DNA from: a bacterium
GTDB taxonomy: Bacteria > UBA8248
Direction: 5' to 3'
DNA length: 64,000 nucleotides
Assembly: GCA_963692865.2 (NCBI GenBank)
Contig: OY843592.1
Span: 1,344,001-1,408,000 of the forward strand
The translations under genes were made by a program, and so were the position numbers. Shown here piece by piece: positions 50,955-60,487 of the stretch. The notes under the pieces are model-generated. The model saw only the letters and a program-made list of their open reading frames with translations. It had not been told where the DNA came from and did no database searches. Every line of letters starts with the position of its first letter. Position 1 is the stretch's first letter.

Positions 50955-51605
50955 CTAGGCGGAAGCCGCCGCTTCGGCCTTCTGCTCGGCGAGCAGTTCA
51001 TCGAGCAACTCCTGGACGCGATCCGCTTCCATCCAGTCGGATTTGTAGGCGATCCTGCCTTCCTTATCCACAATGAACGTCATGTTCGGCATGCGGCCGA
51101 AGGCGTGCACCACGCTCTCGTCGAGGTCGTCGATGAGCACGGGCACCTTCATCCCGAACTCCTCCACGAGTTCCTGCGCATACTGTTTCTTGTGCTCATA
51201 CGTAGTGTGCTGCGCGTACTTCTTGAAATGGCTCGTCTCGCCCGCGTGGGGCTCCTTGGAGTAGACGACGAAGAAGACCACGTCCTCATCCCTGTATTTC
51301 TCCTGCAAATCCTCGACGCCGGCCACCTGCCGGCGGTAGGGGGGTCACGTGATGGCGCCGAACTCGACCACGATGTTCTTCTTCCCGAAGAAGTCCGAGA
51401 GGTCGAACGCGGCGTCCTCGGTGGTCTTGAGCCTTACGCCTGGCATCGGGTCGCCCGGCTTCAGCGCCTCGCGGAACGCCTCCTTGCGCTGCTTGCGGTA
51501 GCCCATGAGCATCCGCTTCGCGAACGCCACCTTGTCGATGTAGAACGCGCTCCAAAGCCCGAACAACGGACCCGGCGGCCTGTCGAACTCATCCGATACT
51601 CGCAT
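50955..51605 (-). CDS. Deiodinase-like thioredoxin-fold selenoprotein (UGA 51345-51347 read as Sec)
   Basis: ORFs 51345-51707 and 50955-51326 are in frame: VVEFGAIT-U-PPYRRQV...VYSKEPHAGE...PN; SECIS hairpin follows the UGA. Confidence 0.9.
51317..51335 (-). promoter_or_regulatory. Bacterial SECIS element
   Basis: CGCCGGC-AGGTG-GCCGGCG perfect 7-bp stem, 9 nt after the UGA, G-containing apical loop. Confidence 0.85.
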
Positions 51606-51690
51606 AATCGCTCCAGATATGAGGGTGGATAGACGCCGCCCCATTAAAGACGAACGGGACGGGATAAGCAAGGGTCTCCCCCTCCCCTCC

Positions 51691-51737
51691 CCCCCAAATT
51701 CACGCAACCCCGCGAATCTGGTATGCTCGGCCCGTGG
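51691..51737 (+). promoter_or_regulatory. Sigma70-like promoter, duplicate of the ftsH upstream region
   Basis: TTCACG-17 nt-TATGCT; 40/47 identical to 53731-53777. Confidence 0.7.
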
Positions 51738-51807
51738 CGCGACTTGGAATCGGGCGGTTCGCCGCTTTTCGTTTCCGGGGATTCATTGATGATGCCGAGG
51801 GGACGGT

Positions 51808-52698
51808 GTGAGATACTCCTTGCCAGAGATTGATCTTGATTGGGAAGGCCGGGAGGGTTGGGAAGGTTTTGATGCGTTGGCGCGACTCCATGCGCAGACC
51901 AGAGATTGCTGTTTTCAAGACATAGAAATTGATATGGCCGAAACGCAGTGGTTTCAAGCCGATATGTGTGCAGCGTTCGGAGCCATCCTGTATCATTTGG
52001 GAAACAATCCGAATACAGTTCATTTAATGAATATTGACGAAAAGGTGGAGGATATCCTTTCAAGAAACGGTTTTCTGAGTCACTATGGAGGGAAGAAAAT
52101 CCCGGATTCCCGGGGAACGACGATTTCCTATCAACGATTCGATGTGGAGGATGGCCGTCATTTCTCCGGCTACATTGAGAGCGAGTTTATCCATCGTCCT
52201 GAGATTCCCGCCATGTCGCCGGGGTTGGTGAAAAAATTTCACCAGAGCATTTTTGAGATATTCAACAATGCAGTTCTCCATTCAGGCACCGTATCGGGGA
52301 TATTCAGTTGTGGGCAGTTTTTCCCGAAGCAGGAGAAACTCAATTTTACGGTGGCTGACTTGGGAGTCGGCATACCCCGAAACGTAAAAGACTACACAGG
52401 AAGACATTTGTCCTCAGTAGATGCGATTATTTGGGCCACACAGGACAATAATACGACAAAACGCGCTGGCGTATCGGGTGGCCTGGGGTTGAAATTGCTT
52501 GGCGAGTTCATTGAATTGAATGGCGGCTGCATTCGCATTGTGTCGGATGATGGGTATTGGGAAAAGAAAAAGAATGATATCTTTACCACAAAGTTGAGTC
52601 ACCCGTTTCCCGGCACCGTGGTGGGTATGGAAATCAATACAGCGGATACAAGTTCTTACGGTCTTGCTTCCGAAGTGAGTGCCGATGATATTTTTTAA
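51808..52698 (+). CDS. STAS-like + HATPase_c (anti-sigma/GHKL-like) ATP-binding protein
   Basis: EIFNNAVLHS (N box), ADLGVGI (G1), TTK..GGLGL (G2), FPGT. Confidence 0.85.
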   Translation: MRYSLPEIDLDWEGREGWEGFDALARLHAQTRDCCFQDIEIDMAETQWFQADMCAAFGAILYHLGNNPNTVHLMNIDEKVEDILSRNGFLSHYGGKKIPDSRGTTISYQRFDVEDGRHFSGYIESEFIHRPEIPAMSPGLVKKFHQSIFEIFNNAVLHSGTVSGIFSCGQFFPKQEKLNFTVADLGVGIPRNVKDYTGRHLSSVDAIIWATQDNNTTKRAGVSGGLGLKLLGEFIELNGGCIRIVSDDGYWEKKKNDIFTTKLSHPFPGTVVGMEINTADTSSYGLASEVSADDIF

Positions 52699-52700
52699 GT

Positions 52701-53078
52701 ATGGGAACGATGATGCGAAAAGACATGGACATATCCATTTTTGAGGTGGTGGGCAGTCCGCTTTGCGTCGCTTCCGGCGATGGACAGAAGGTGTATGAGC
52801 GTCTCGCCCCCGTCATTGAGCAAGGGCGCGGCGCAGTGCTTTCGTTCCGCAACGTGGCCTTGTTGACTTCGGCCTTTTTGAATACCGCGATTGGTCAGCT
52901 GTATGGAAAATTCGATGAGGATCAAATTCGCTCCTCTCTTAAGATAGCGGATATGGAGCCCGACGATATCGCGTTGCTCAAGCGCGTCGTGGAGACGGCC
53001 AAGCGGTACTTCAAAGACCCGGAGAGATTCGACCGGACGGTTCGGGACGTGCTGGAAGACGAGGGCGATGCCTGCTAA
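52701..53078 (+). CDS. STAS-like DUF4325 protein
   Basis: DGQKVY, LSFRNV, TSAFLNTAIGQLY with a conserved Ser/Thr. Confidence 0.85.
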   Translation: MGTMMRKDMDISIFEVVGSPLCVASGDGQKVYERLAPVIEQGRGAVLSFRNVALLTSAFLNTAIGQLYGKFDEDQIRSSLKIADMEPDDIALLKRVVETAKRYFKDPERFDRTVRDVLEDEGDAC

Positions 53079-53604
53079 GGATGTAAGGAAACACCGTTTT
53101 ACCGAATGAGACCGGTTGTTCCTGGATGCCAACGTCTGGTTGTACAACTTCTGTCCTGACGCGCAGCCACCCGGACCTTCTCCCAAAGTAGAGGTTTATT
53201 CGCAGGCGTTCACCGACATTCTTCAAGCGAAAAGCCAAATTTTTATCGATGTTCTCGTCACGTCGGAGTTCATCAACAGATACGCCAGACTGCGATGGGA
53301 AAATGAAGCGTCCGGCACGGAATTCAAGGTTTTTCGCAACAGCGCGGAATTCACGGATGTCGCTCGGGAAATCGCTTGTCAATCAGGGCGGGTAGTTAGT
53401 TTTTGTTCACGGTTGGAAAGCGGGTTTGTGAAGTTGCAGATAGACGATTTGCTCGACACCTACAGCGAGGGTGGATCCGATTTCAACGATCAGGTGATAG
53501 CGGAATTGTGCAAAAGAGAGGGCCTGACTCTACTCACGCACGACGGCGATTTCGAAAATCAGGAAATATCCATTCTGACCGCGAATCCGCGTTTGCTGAA
53601 TTAA
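53068..53604 (+). CDS. PIN-domain protein; in-frame TGA at 53107-53109, or restart at TTG 53116
   Basis: FLDANVW, SEFINR, DFND, LLTHDGDF, ILTAN; ATG 53068 overlaps the upstream gene. Confidence 0.8.
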
Positions 53605-53730
53605 GACGGCGCCGTTTTCCGAAGCGCGCCGATTCGTGGCGCTTCGGATTTCGTCTCCTCCTCTCCCGATCGTGCGGGCCGTCCCCTCTGTCCGAATCGT
53701 CTCGACGAACGATGACGGATATCCCCCCGC

Positions 53731-53777
53731 CCCCCAAATTCACGCGGCCTTGTGAATCTGATATGCTCGGGCCGTGG
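53731..53777 (+). promoter_or_regulatory. Probable ftsH promoter
   Basis: TTCACG-17 nt-TATGCT with a TTCAC-N8-GTGAA palindrome over the -35. Confidence 0.7.
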
Positions 53778-53848
53778 GTCCCCAAGTCTCGCGCCGCGCC
53801 GCCGCCGGATGAGCGAACCAGCCGCTATCCTCCCCCAAGGAGGGGACG

Positions 53849-55678
53849 ATGAACAAGAAAACGCAGTTTTCCATCGGGTATTTCCTTTTCATCTTCATTA
53901 TCATGTCCCTCATCCACACCCTCTTTTTCCAGGGGGCGCGCTACCAGCGCATCCCCTACAACGAGTTCCGCGCGATGCTCAAGGAAGGCGACGTGGAGCG
54001 CGTCGACATCCGTGGCGACCGCTTGCAAGGCGTCCTGAAACGCCGCGACGCCGACGGCCGGCAGCGGTTCTTCGAGACCGCGAAGGTGGCCGACCCCGAC
54101 CTCATCGAGCTCCTGGAAGGCGCGGGCGTCATCTTTCAGGGCCAGTTCGAGCCGCCCTGGCTGGTGCAGGTGTTTACGAGCTGGGTGCTGCCGCTGGCGA
54201 TCCTCTTCGCCATCTACGCCTTCGTGCTGCGCCGCATGGGTCCCGGCCAGGGGGTGATGGCCTTCGGCAAGAACAAGGCGAAGATATTTGCGGAAAAGGA
54301 AGTGGGGGTGCGCTTCGCCGACGTCGCGGGCGTGGACGAGGCCAAGGCGGAACTCGCCGAGGTGGTGGATTACCTCAAGAATCCGGATCGCTACCTGAGA
54401 CTTGGCGGCAAGATTCCGCGCGGCGTCCTGCTGGTGGGGCCTCCCGGCTGCGGGAAGACGTTGATGGCCAAAGCCGTGGCGGGAGAGGCGGGGGTCTTTT
54501 TCTTCAGCATCAGCGGGTCCGAGTTCGTGGAAATGTTCGTGGGGCTGGGCGCGGCGCGCGTGCGCGACCTGTTCGAGCAGGCGATGGAGAAGGCCCCCTG
54601 CATCGTCTTCGTGGACGAGCTGGACGCGCTGGGCAAGGCGCGCGGCGTGGGGAACATTGCGGGCGGGCACGACGAGCGCGAGCAGACGCTCAATCAGCTC
54701 CTGGTCGAGATGGACGGCTTCGACACCCGAAAGGGGGTCATCATCATGGCGGCGACGAACCGCCCCGAGATTTTAGACCCCGCCCTCCTGCGCCCGGGGC
54801 GCTTCGACAGGCAGGTGCTGGTCGACAAGCCGGACCTGAGCGGCAGGAGGCATATTCTGGAAGTCCACACGAAGGTGCTCGTGCTGGGCGGGGACGTGGA
54901 TATCGAGCGGCTCGCCGAGATGACGCCCGGCCTCTCGGGAGCCGACCTCGCCAATCTCGCGAACGAGGCGGCGCTCCTGGCGGCGCGCCACGACCGCGAC
55001 GCGGTGATGATGGCCGACTTCGAAGAGGCCTTCGAGCGCGTGGCGGCGGGCTTGGAGAAGCGCTCGCGCGTCATGACGAGCGAGGAGCGCCGCCGGGTGG
55101 CCTACCACGAACTCGGCCACGCCATGGTGGCCGAACTCGTCGGCACGGCGGACCCGGTGCAGAAGGTATCCATCATCCCGAGGGGCCTCGCCGCCCTGGG
55201 ATACACCCTGCAGCGGCCGACGGAGGATCGTTACCTGCTCTCCAAAAAGGAGCTAGAGGACAGGATCGCCGTCCTCCTCGCGGGCCGCGCGGCGGAAGAG
55301 GTGGTGTTCGGGGAGGTCTCCACGGGGGCGCAGAACGATCTTCAGCGCGCGACCGACATGGCGCGCTCCATGGTGACCGAATACGGCATGAGCGAGCGCT
55401 TCGGCCCCCACGCGATGGGAGGGACGCCGCGCTCGCTGTTCCTGGGCGGCGGGATGAACGGCGCGTCCCATCTCGACATCAGCGAGGCGACCCAGCGCGA
55501 GGTGGACGAGGAGGTGGAGAAAATCCTGGACGGCGCCTCTGTCCGCGCGAGGGAGATTTTGACCGAGCGGCGCGACGACCTCGAAGCCCTCACCGCGCGC
55601 CTGCTCGAGCAGGAAACCATCGGCGGGGACGAACTCCGCACAGCGCTGGGCGTGGGGGAAGCGCGAAGCGGAGGATGA
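53849..55678 (+). CDS. ftsH: ATP-dependent zinc metalloprotease FtsH
   Basis: [53 protein letters not shown]. Confidence 0.96.
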   Translation: MNKKTQFSIGYFLFIFIIMSLIHTLFFQGARYQRIPYNEFRAMLKEGDVERVDIRGDRLQGVLKRRDADGRQRFFETAKVADPDLIELLEGAGVIFQGQFEPPWLVQVFTSWVLPLAILFAIYAFVLRRMGPGQGVMAFGKNKAKIFAEKEVGVRFADVAGVDEAKAELAEVVDYLKNPDRYLRLGGKIPRGVLLVGPPGCGKTLMAKAVAGEAGVFFFSISGSEFVEMFVGLGAARVRDLFEQAMEKAPCIVFVDELDALGKARGVGNIAGGHDEREQTLNQLLVEMDGFDTRKGVIIMAATNRPEILDPALLRPGRFDRQVLVDKPDLSGRRHILEVHTKVLVLGGDVDIERLAEMTPGLSGADLANLANEAALLAARHDRDAVMMADFEEAFERVAAGLEKRSRVMTSEERRRVAYHELGHAMVAELVGTADPVQKVSIIPRGLAALGYTLQRPTEDRYLLSKKELEDRIAVLLAGRAAEEVVFGEVSTGAQNDLQRATDMARSMVTEYGMSERFGPHAMGGTPRSLFLGGGMNGASHLDISEATQREVDEEVEKILDGASVRAREILTERRDDLEALTARLLEQETIGGDELRTALGVGEARSGG

Positions 55679-55732
55679 GGCGGTAAGATTTTGTGTTGTG
55701 CAGAAGATAAATCGCTTGGTTGATTAGAGTGC

Positions 55733-56869
55733 TTAGTAATCCTCGGCGTATTCCTCATATTCTCCGATGATGGAATCGTTCATGTGTTCGAGGTCAGGTT
55801 TGTTTCCAAGTTCCTCCAAAGCATCGTAGGAAAGAAAAGAACAGTTTTCATATAAGGGGCCTCGTTCGAGCAGCGAGAACACCGGGCGCTTGATCTCACG
55901 CAGCACCTTTTCCCGTCTTTCATCCGGCGCGACGATATGAAGCCGGATATCCATATTGGGTTGGAGGGCCAGAAGGTCCGCCATTCTCAACAAACCGGAA
56001 TATATTGCCGTGGTGTGCTCGACTTCGAAGGCTCTCGCCATCGAGCGGCCCTTCAACCAGATAACGTCGATCTGCTCAATGGTTTGGATCGTGGTATCGT
56101 CGTAGTTGAGCGGTAGGTTTTCCAGAAAACGGAGTTTCACGGAGTCCTCTATTTCCGCGAGCACTCGATCTCTGTCGCTGCGCGGCACCCAAATTCGAAA
56201 GTCCATCTTTGCGCCGATTTCCGCAATTTTTGCCTGCATCCGTATTGATTTTCGGACCTCCGGAGACACTGCGGCTTTGACTATGGCTTCTCCCGCATCG
56301 CCGTTGTCCTCGTCGCCTACGGGGACTTCGACCGACACTTCGCCACTTTCAGTCCGAACCTTGAGGCTCTGGAGATGTTGCCGATCGGCATCCGTAAACG
56401 GATAATCAATTCGACTCTTGTCTTGTTCTTGCCGTTGCAAGCGGGGTACGAGGAAATCGCCGTCCGAGTCGGGTAGTTTCCGTAAAGAGTTGCCGAAGAG
56501 CATACCCCATCCCTTATACCCCTTTTCTTTCTCTTTGGTGATGGAAAGAGTGTTCCAGATTTCATCATCTTGGACAGGAATCGAGCTTTCCGGCTCAAGG
56601 AGAACAATTGGCTCTACCTTGAAATGCACCACGAAGGGAGAATTGGGATCTCCCCAAATCGGCGTATCACCTTCATGCGCATGGGATGCGATCCTCAACG
56701 CGCCGCACCAGCGTGATACGCGAACTAGGTAGCAAACGAAAATGTCGCCGGGCTTGATGTGCTCGTGTGCTCTCCTGCGTTGCGATTTTCGAAATCCACT
56801 AACGCTGGCGCCGTGGTCTTGGAAAGCTGACCAAGTTTCAGGGGTAAAAAGATTCAAAAAATAAGCCAT
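55733..56869 (-). CDS. EVE/PUA-like domain + PD-(D/E)XK-like nuclease
   Basis: TPETW..GF..IKPGDIFVCY N-domain; IDVIW..AFEVEHTT C-domain; AT-richer. Confidence 0.75.
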   Translation of the reverse strand: MAYFLNLFTPETWSAFQDHGASVSGFRKSQRRRAHEHIKPGDIFVCYLVRVSRWCGALRIASHAHEGDTPIWGDPNSPFVVHFKVEPIVLLEPESSIPVQDDEIWNTLSITKEKEKGYKGWGMLFGNSLRKLPDSDGDFLVPRLQRQEQDKSRIDYPFTDADRQHLQSLKVRTESGEVSVEVPVGDEDNGDAGEAIVKAAVSPEVRKSIRMQAKIAEIGAKMDFRIWVPRSDRDRVLAEIEDSVKLRFLENLPLNYDDTTIQTIEQIDVIWLKGRSMARAFEVEHTTAIYSGLLRMADLLALQPNMDIRLHIVAPDERREKVLREIKRPVFSLLERGPLYENCSFLSYDALEELGNKPDLEHMNDSIIGEYEEYAEDY

Positions 56870-56948
56870 GAACCAAGCCTCTCAGCGACAATATCTCGAC
56901 GTCCACGAACATCTGGTGTCTGTCGTGCCTACCCCAGATGCACGGCAT
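56838..56948 (-). pseudogene. Truncated N-terminus of a probable retropepsin-like partner gene
   Basis: ATG overlapping the upstream ORF reads MPCIWGRHDRHQMFVDVEIL, then runs into the nuclease start region and stops. Confidence 0.45.
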
Positions 56949-57192
56949 AGGAATAGGAGCCCAGATTGGCGGGCGTGTCGTCGATTTTCTGGATAGAAAA
57001 GAGGCCGTCCTCGAAAAATCGGGCGCCCGCGGTCTGCGCGTCCCCGGCCGTATCGAAGACCGCGACCAGCTCCTTGTTCCTGAGAAGCGCGAATTTGCCG
57101 AAGTGGCGCTGCTTGAGGCGGGGAAGCTCCGCCAGGAAAAATTCGAGGTTGTCGTCGATTTCCCGCTCTTTTTGCTCTCGCGTCGGTTTCAT
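56929..57192 (-). CDS. Small DUF5678-like protein
   Basis: EIDDNLEFF..LP.L...HFGKFALL..FDT..DA..G..F..GLFSIQ; GGAGG RBS. Confidence 0.7.
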   Translation of the reverse strand: MKPTREQKEREIDDNLEFFLAELPRLKQRHFGKFALLRNKELVAVFDTAGDAQTAGARFFEDGLFSIQKIDDTPANLGSYSYAVHLG

Positions 57193-57538
57193 TGCGGCCT
57201 CCTTCCCGCTTTTCCGAAACTATAGCATATCCTGGATAAATGCTCCGGAGAGCGCTTTGCGGCGGCGTCCGAATCCTCCATAAGCAGAATTGAGGGTTGC
57301 CGTCATTCCGGCGAATGCCGGAATCCAGAGCCGAGGAGAGTGGGGATGCGGCGGCGTTTCATTCCCTTTCCTATTGGTCGGGCAGACCCCTTCTCCTACG
57401 TCAGGATGGGCAGTAAAAAACGAAAAGCGAAAGGCGAATTCCCTGGATTCCGGCATTCGCCGGAATGACGATCAAGAGCCGCGCTCGCAAACGGAAGATC
57501 ATCCTGTAGGAACTGGCCGCGACGTGTCCCCTGCCGTC

Positions 57539-58711
57539 TCAATCCTCATCACTCAGCGTGAACGCGCCGTCGCTCGCGGGGATGTAGGTCTCGGGCAGGC
57601 CGAGTTCTTTCTTGACGATGTTCGTCCCGCGCGCGAGGGCCACCATCTTGTAGAACGCGTGGCGGCGGCTCATGCCCTCCCGCCCGAAGCCGCAGTCGGT
57701 CGAGATGCAGAGCCGCTCGGCGGGAATCGTCTCGAGCGCCTTCCGGATGAGCGCGGCCACCTCTTCGGGGCGCTCCACCTGCAGCCCCCGGTGGTTGATG
57801 ACGCCGATGGCCACTTTGGGCCTGGTGATGCGCTTTCCGATCTCGCCTAAGTCCATCCCGCCCGTGCTCGCGCACTCGAAGGTGAGCACGTCCACGTCCA
57901 GTTCGTTCATGTACTCCAGGGCGGGCGCGTAGCTTTTGGACGACTCGTAGAACCGCTGCTGGGCCGGGTTTCCCCAGCAGGTGTGGCACCAGAGCTCCAG
58001 CTTGTCTCTTAAGCCCGCCACGCTCCGGTTGAACGCATCGACGTAGAACGCCATCGACATCTCCGAATCCTCGGCGTGGAAATCGAAGCGGTGCACCCAG
58101 GGTTCTTCGACCTGGAAAATCTGGCAGCCCGCGTCCGCCAGGCGGTGGAATTCGGCGCGCATGATCTCGCACAGGTCGAGGCATAGCTCGCGCCTGTCGT
58201 CATAGAACTCGTTCGAGACGATGGACTCCACGCAATCCGCGCTGATGGAGCCGAACTTGAGCGGCTTGTCCGTCATCGCCTGCGCGCAGCGCCACATCTG
58301 CGCATATTCGAGGGGGCCTTCGCCGACTTTCGAGGTGACCTTGGGCAGCATCCTCGCTTCGAGCACCTCGAACATGATCTCCCCGGGCACGGAGCCGCCC
58401 CAGGCGGCGTGGCTCCTCGATGTCTCATGGCCCGAGAAGCCGGCGAGCCTGTCGACGATGTAGCCCACCCAGTCGCGCCCGCCCACGTTGGTGTCGAAGC
58501 GCGCGTCGCCGTCGGTCACGATGTCGAGGCCCGCGCGCTCCTGATCCCGGATGACGCAGGAGACGTTGTCGAGATATTGCTCGCGGAAGTCCGCGTCTAT
58601 CATCGCTTCGCGGAACGTCCTGCGCCCGATGTTCCGGCGGAACCAGGCCGGTCGGGGCAGGGAACCCGTGATGGTGGTGGGGAGTATGAGGTCACTCGTG
58701 GCGATGTACAT
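57539..58711 (-). CDS. Cobalamin-independent methionine synthase II (MetE C-domain) family protein
   Basis: TTITGSLPRP, QERAGLDIVTDGD, HTCWGN, FEC, STDCGF. Confidence 0.9.
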   Translation of the reverse strand: MYIATSDLILPTTITGSLPRPAWFRRNIGRRTFREAMIDADFREQYLDNVSCVIRDQERAGLDIVTDGDARFDTNVGGRDWVGYIVDRLAGFSGHETSRSHAAWGGSVPGEIMFEVLEARMLPKVTSKVGEGPLEYAQMWRCAQAMTDKPLKFGSISADCVESIVSNEFYDDRRELCLDLCEIMRAEFHRLADAGCQIFQVEEPWVHRFDFHAEDSEMSMAFYVDAFNRSVAGLRDKLELWCHTCWGNPAQQRFYESSKSYAPALEYMNELDVDVLTFECASTGGMDLGEIGKRITRPKVAIGVINHRGLQVERPEEVAALIRKALETIPAERLCISTDCGFGREGMSRRHAFYKMVALARGTNIVKKELGLPETYIPASDGAFTLSDED

Positions 58712-58805
58712 GGTCGATTCCTCCGCTCGAAATGGTTTCGGCGAATCATCTTTTCGGATGGGCTTGAGTTTGCTGTTTCAATCCCTCCCTTACGCCCCGC
58801 GCGTC

Positions 58806-59801
58806 CTAGAGCTTCATGAGCCTGGCGGGCGTCTCGCGCAGGATTTTGTCCTGGGCCTCTTCGGTGAGTCCCGCACCCTCCACGAAATCCACGACGCGCT
58901 CCTGCATCATGTCGTAGGGGTAGTCCGTGCCGCACACGACGCGGTCGGCCCCCACCTCCTCGACCATCCATTTGAGGGCCGAGGGGTTGAACGTGATGAC
59001 GTCGAAATAGAGGTTCTTGAAATAGTGCCTCGGCGGATGCGGCGTGTGCGCCTTGGTTTCCGGCCGCACGTTCCAGCAGTGCTGGATGCGCCCGACCGAC
59101 CAGGGGAGGTTTCCGCCCGCGTGGGCGAGCAGGAGTTGTAGGTTCGGGTAGCGCTCGAAATGGCCCGAGAGGATGAGCCTTGTGACGGCGATCGTGGTAG
59201 AGAGCGGATTGCCGACGCAGTTCGCCATGTAATAGGGGAACAGCGGCTTGTAGTCCGCGAAATCGGGGTGGATGAACACCAGCGCGCCGAGCCGCTCCGC
59301 CGCCGCCCAGAACGCCTCGTACTGGGGCTCGTCCAGCGCGTGGGCGCCGATGCGGTCGGAGATGATGCAGCCGAGCAGGCCCGCCCCCATCGCGCGCTCA
59401 AGCTCGGCGGCTGCGGCCTCGCCCCCGTTCTGCATGGGCAGGTTGCAGAGGCCCCGGAAGTGCGCGGCGTTCTGGTTGCAGAAATCGACGACGCCGTCGT
59501 TTTGGATCCGGATGATCTCCTCGCCCGCCTTTCCTCCGATCCAGTAGTAGAACGTGGGCGGCGGCGGGGAGGCCAGCGCCATGTCGAGCCTGTCCGCCTT
59601 CATGTCGCTCAGCTTGCGTTCGGCGTCGGCGAGTTGCACCGCCCAGTTCTCCTCCGTCATCTTCGCGTTGTAGCGCGAGGAGACGGGCGGGAAGAACCCC
59701 TCGAAGCTGTCGGCGTGCTGGGGGCGTCTTTCGCGCTCTTTGGCGGCGAGCGCTTCCGCCTCGGGGATGTAGATGTGGTGATGCAGATCGATGTTGGGCA
59801 A
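58806..59801 (-). CDS. Amidohydrolase 2 family (ACMSD-like) protein
   Basis: IDLHHH, ND, VFIHP, AHAGG, GTDYPY. Confidence 0.9.
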   Translation of the reverse strand: MPNIDLHHHIYIPEAEALAAKERERRPQHADSFEGFFPPVSSRYNAKMTEENWAVQLADAERKLSDMKADRLDMALASPPPPTFYYWIGGKAGEEIIRIQNDGVVDFCNQNAAHFRGLCNLPMQNGGEAAAAELERAMGAGLLGCIISDRIGAHALDEPQYEAFWAAAERLGALVFIHPDFADYKPLFPYYMANCVGNPLSTTIAVTRLILSGHFERYPNLQLLLAHAGGNLPWSVGRIQHCWNVRPETKAHTPHPPRHYFKNLYFDVITFNPSALKWMVEEVGADRVVCGTDYPYDMMQERVVDFVEGAGLTEEAQDKILRETPARLMKL

Positions 59802-60016
59802 GGGGACTTCCCTCCGTTTGGGTTCTACCGGGGCGTCTTCGCGCCCGCCGGATTGTAGAAGTGATGAAGACCTTTTCGGAGAGAGTAGAAGCTGTCGAAT
59901 CCTGAGTCAATCGAGATTCGCGCCCGCATATTGACGCTCTCGATTCTGAGTGAGAAACTTCTGCCTCGCGGTCTCAGGGGCGCGCCGAGGAGAAATGTTC
60001 CGGCTCCCGGCCTTGC

Positions 60017-60370
60017 GTGGAGGGGACGATTCCGGTGAACGGCGAGGAAGCTCCCAGGCTGCCGCGCTCCTATGAGGGGCTGCGCACCCTGCAAGGCGAA
60101 TTCGCGCGCTATCAGGAAGAGGCGTTCCCGGAGCGCGAACCCCGGTTTTTCGCCTTGGAGCTTGCGGGCGAGACGGGCGAACTCGCGAACCTGGAAAAGA
60201 AGGAATGGAAGGGCCGCGCGGTGGAGCCTGCGGCCTATACGGACGAGGCGGCGGACGTTATGATCGCCGTGATGAACTACGCCAACGCGCGGGGGATCGA
60301 CCTGGGCGGGGCGGTTTCCGAGAAGATGGCCGAGATCGAGCGCATCAGAAGGGAGTCGCCCGAGAAGTAG
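60017..60370 (+). CDS. MazG-like NTP pyrophosphohydrolase
   Basis: ELAGETGELAN..KK, DEAADV, GIDL..A...K; start uncertain. Confidence 0.8.
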   Translation: MEGTIPVNGEEAPRLPRSYEGLRTLQGEFARYQEEAFPEREPRFFALELAGETGELANLEKKEWKGRAVEPAAYTDEAADVMIAVMNYANARGIDLGGAVSEKMAEIERIRRESPEK

Positions 60371-60487
60371 GCCGCAGATTCCAACAGCTTTCATTCGGCG
60401 CTCGGGGCGGCGCCGGTAAGCGCGAGAACCACAAATCAAGCCGCTGGATGAATGTTCCGCCATGCGGAGCGGAAAGGATCAGATTCG

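Noticed and set aside
53107-53145. Second selenoprotein at the PIN TGA
   Set aside because: No clear SECIS hairpin, and the position is not a redox Cys site; kept only as a nonsense/readthrough question
57539-58711. Calling this gene metE
   Set aside because: Single-domain family member; true methionine synthase activity cannot be inferred from sequence
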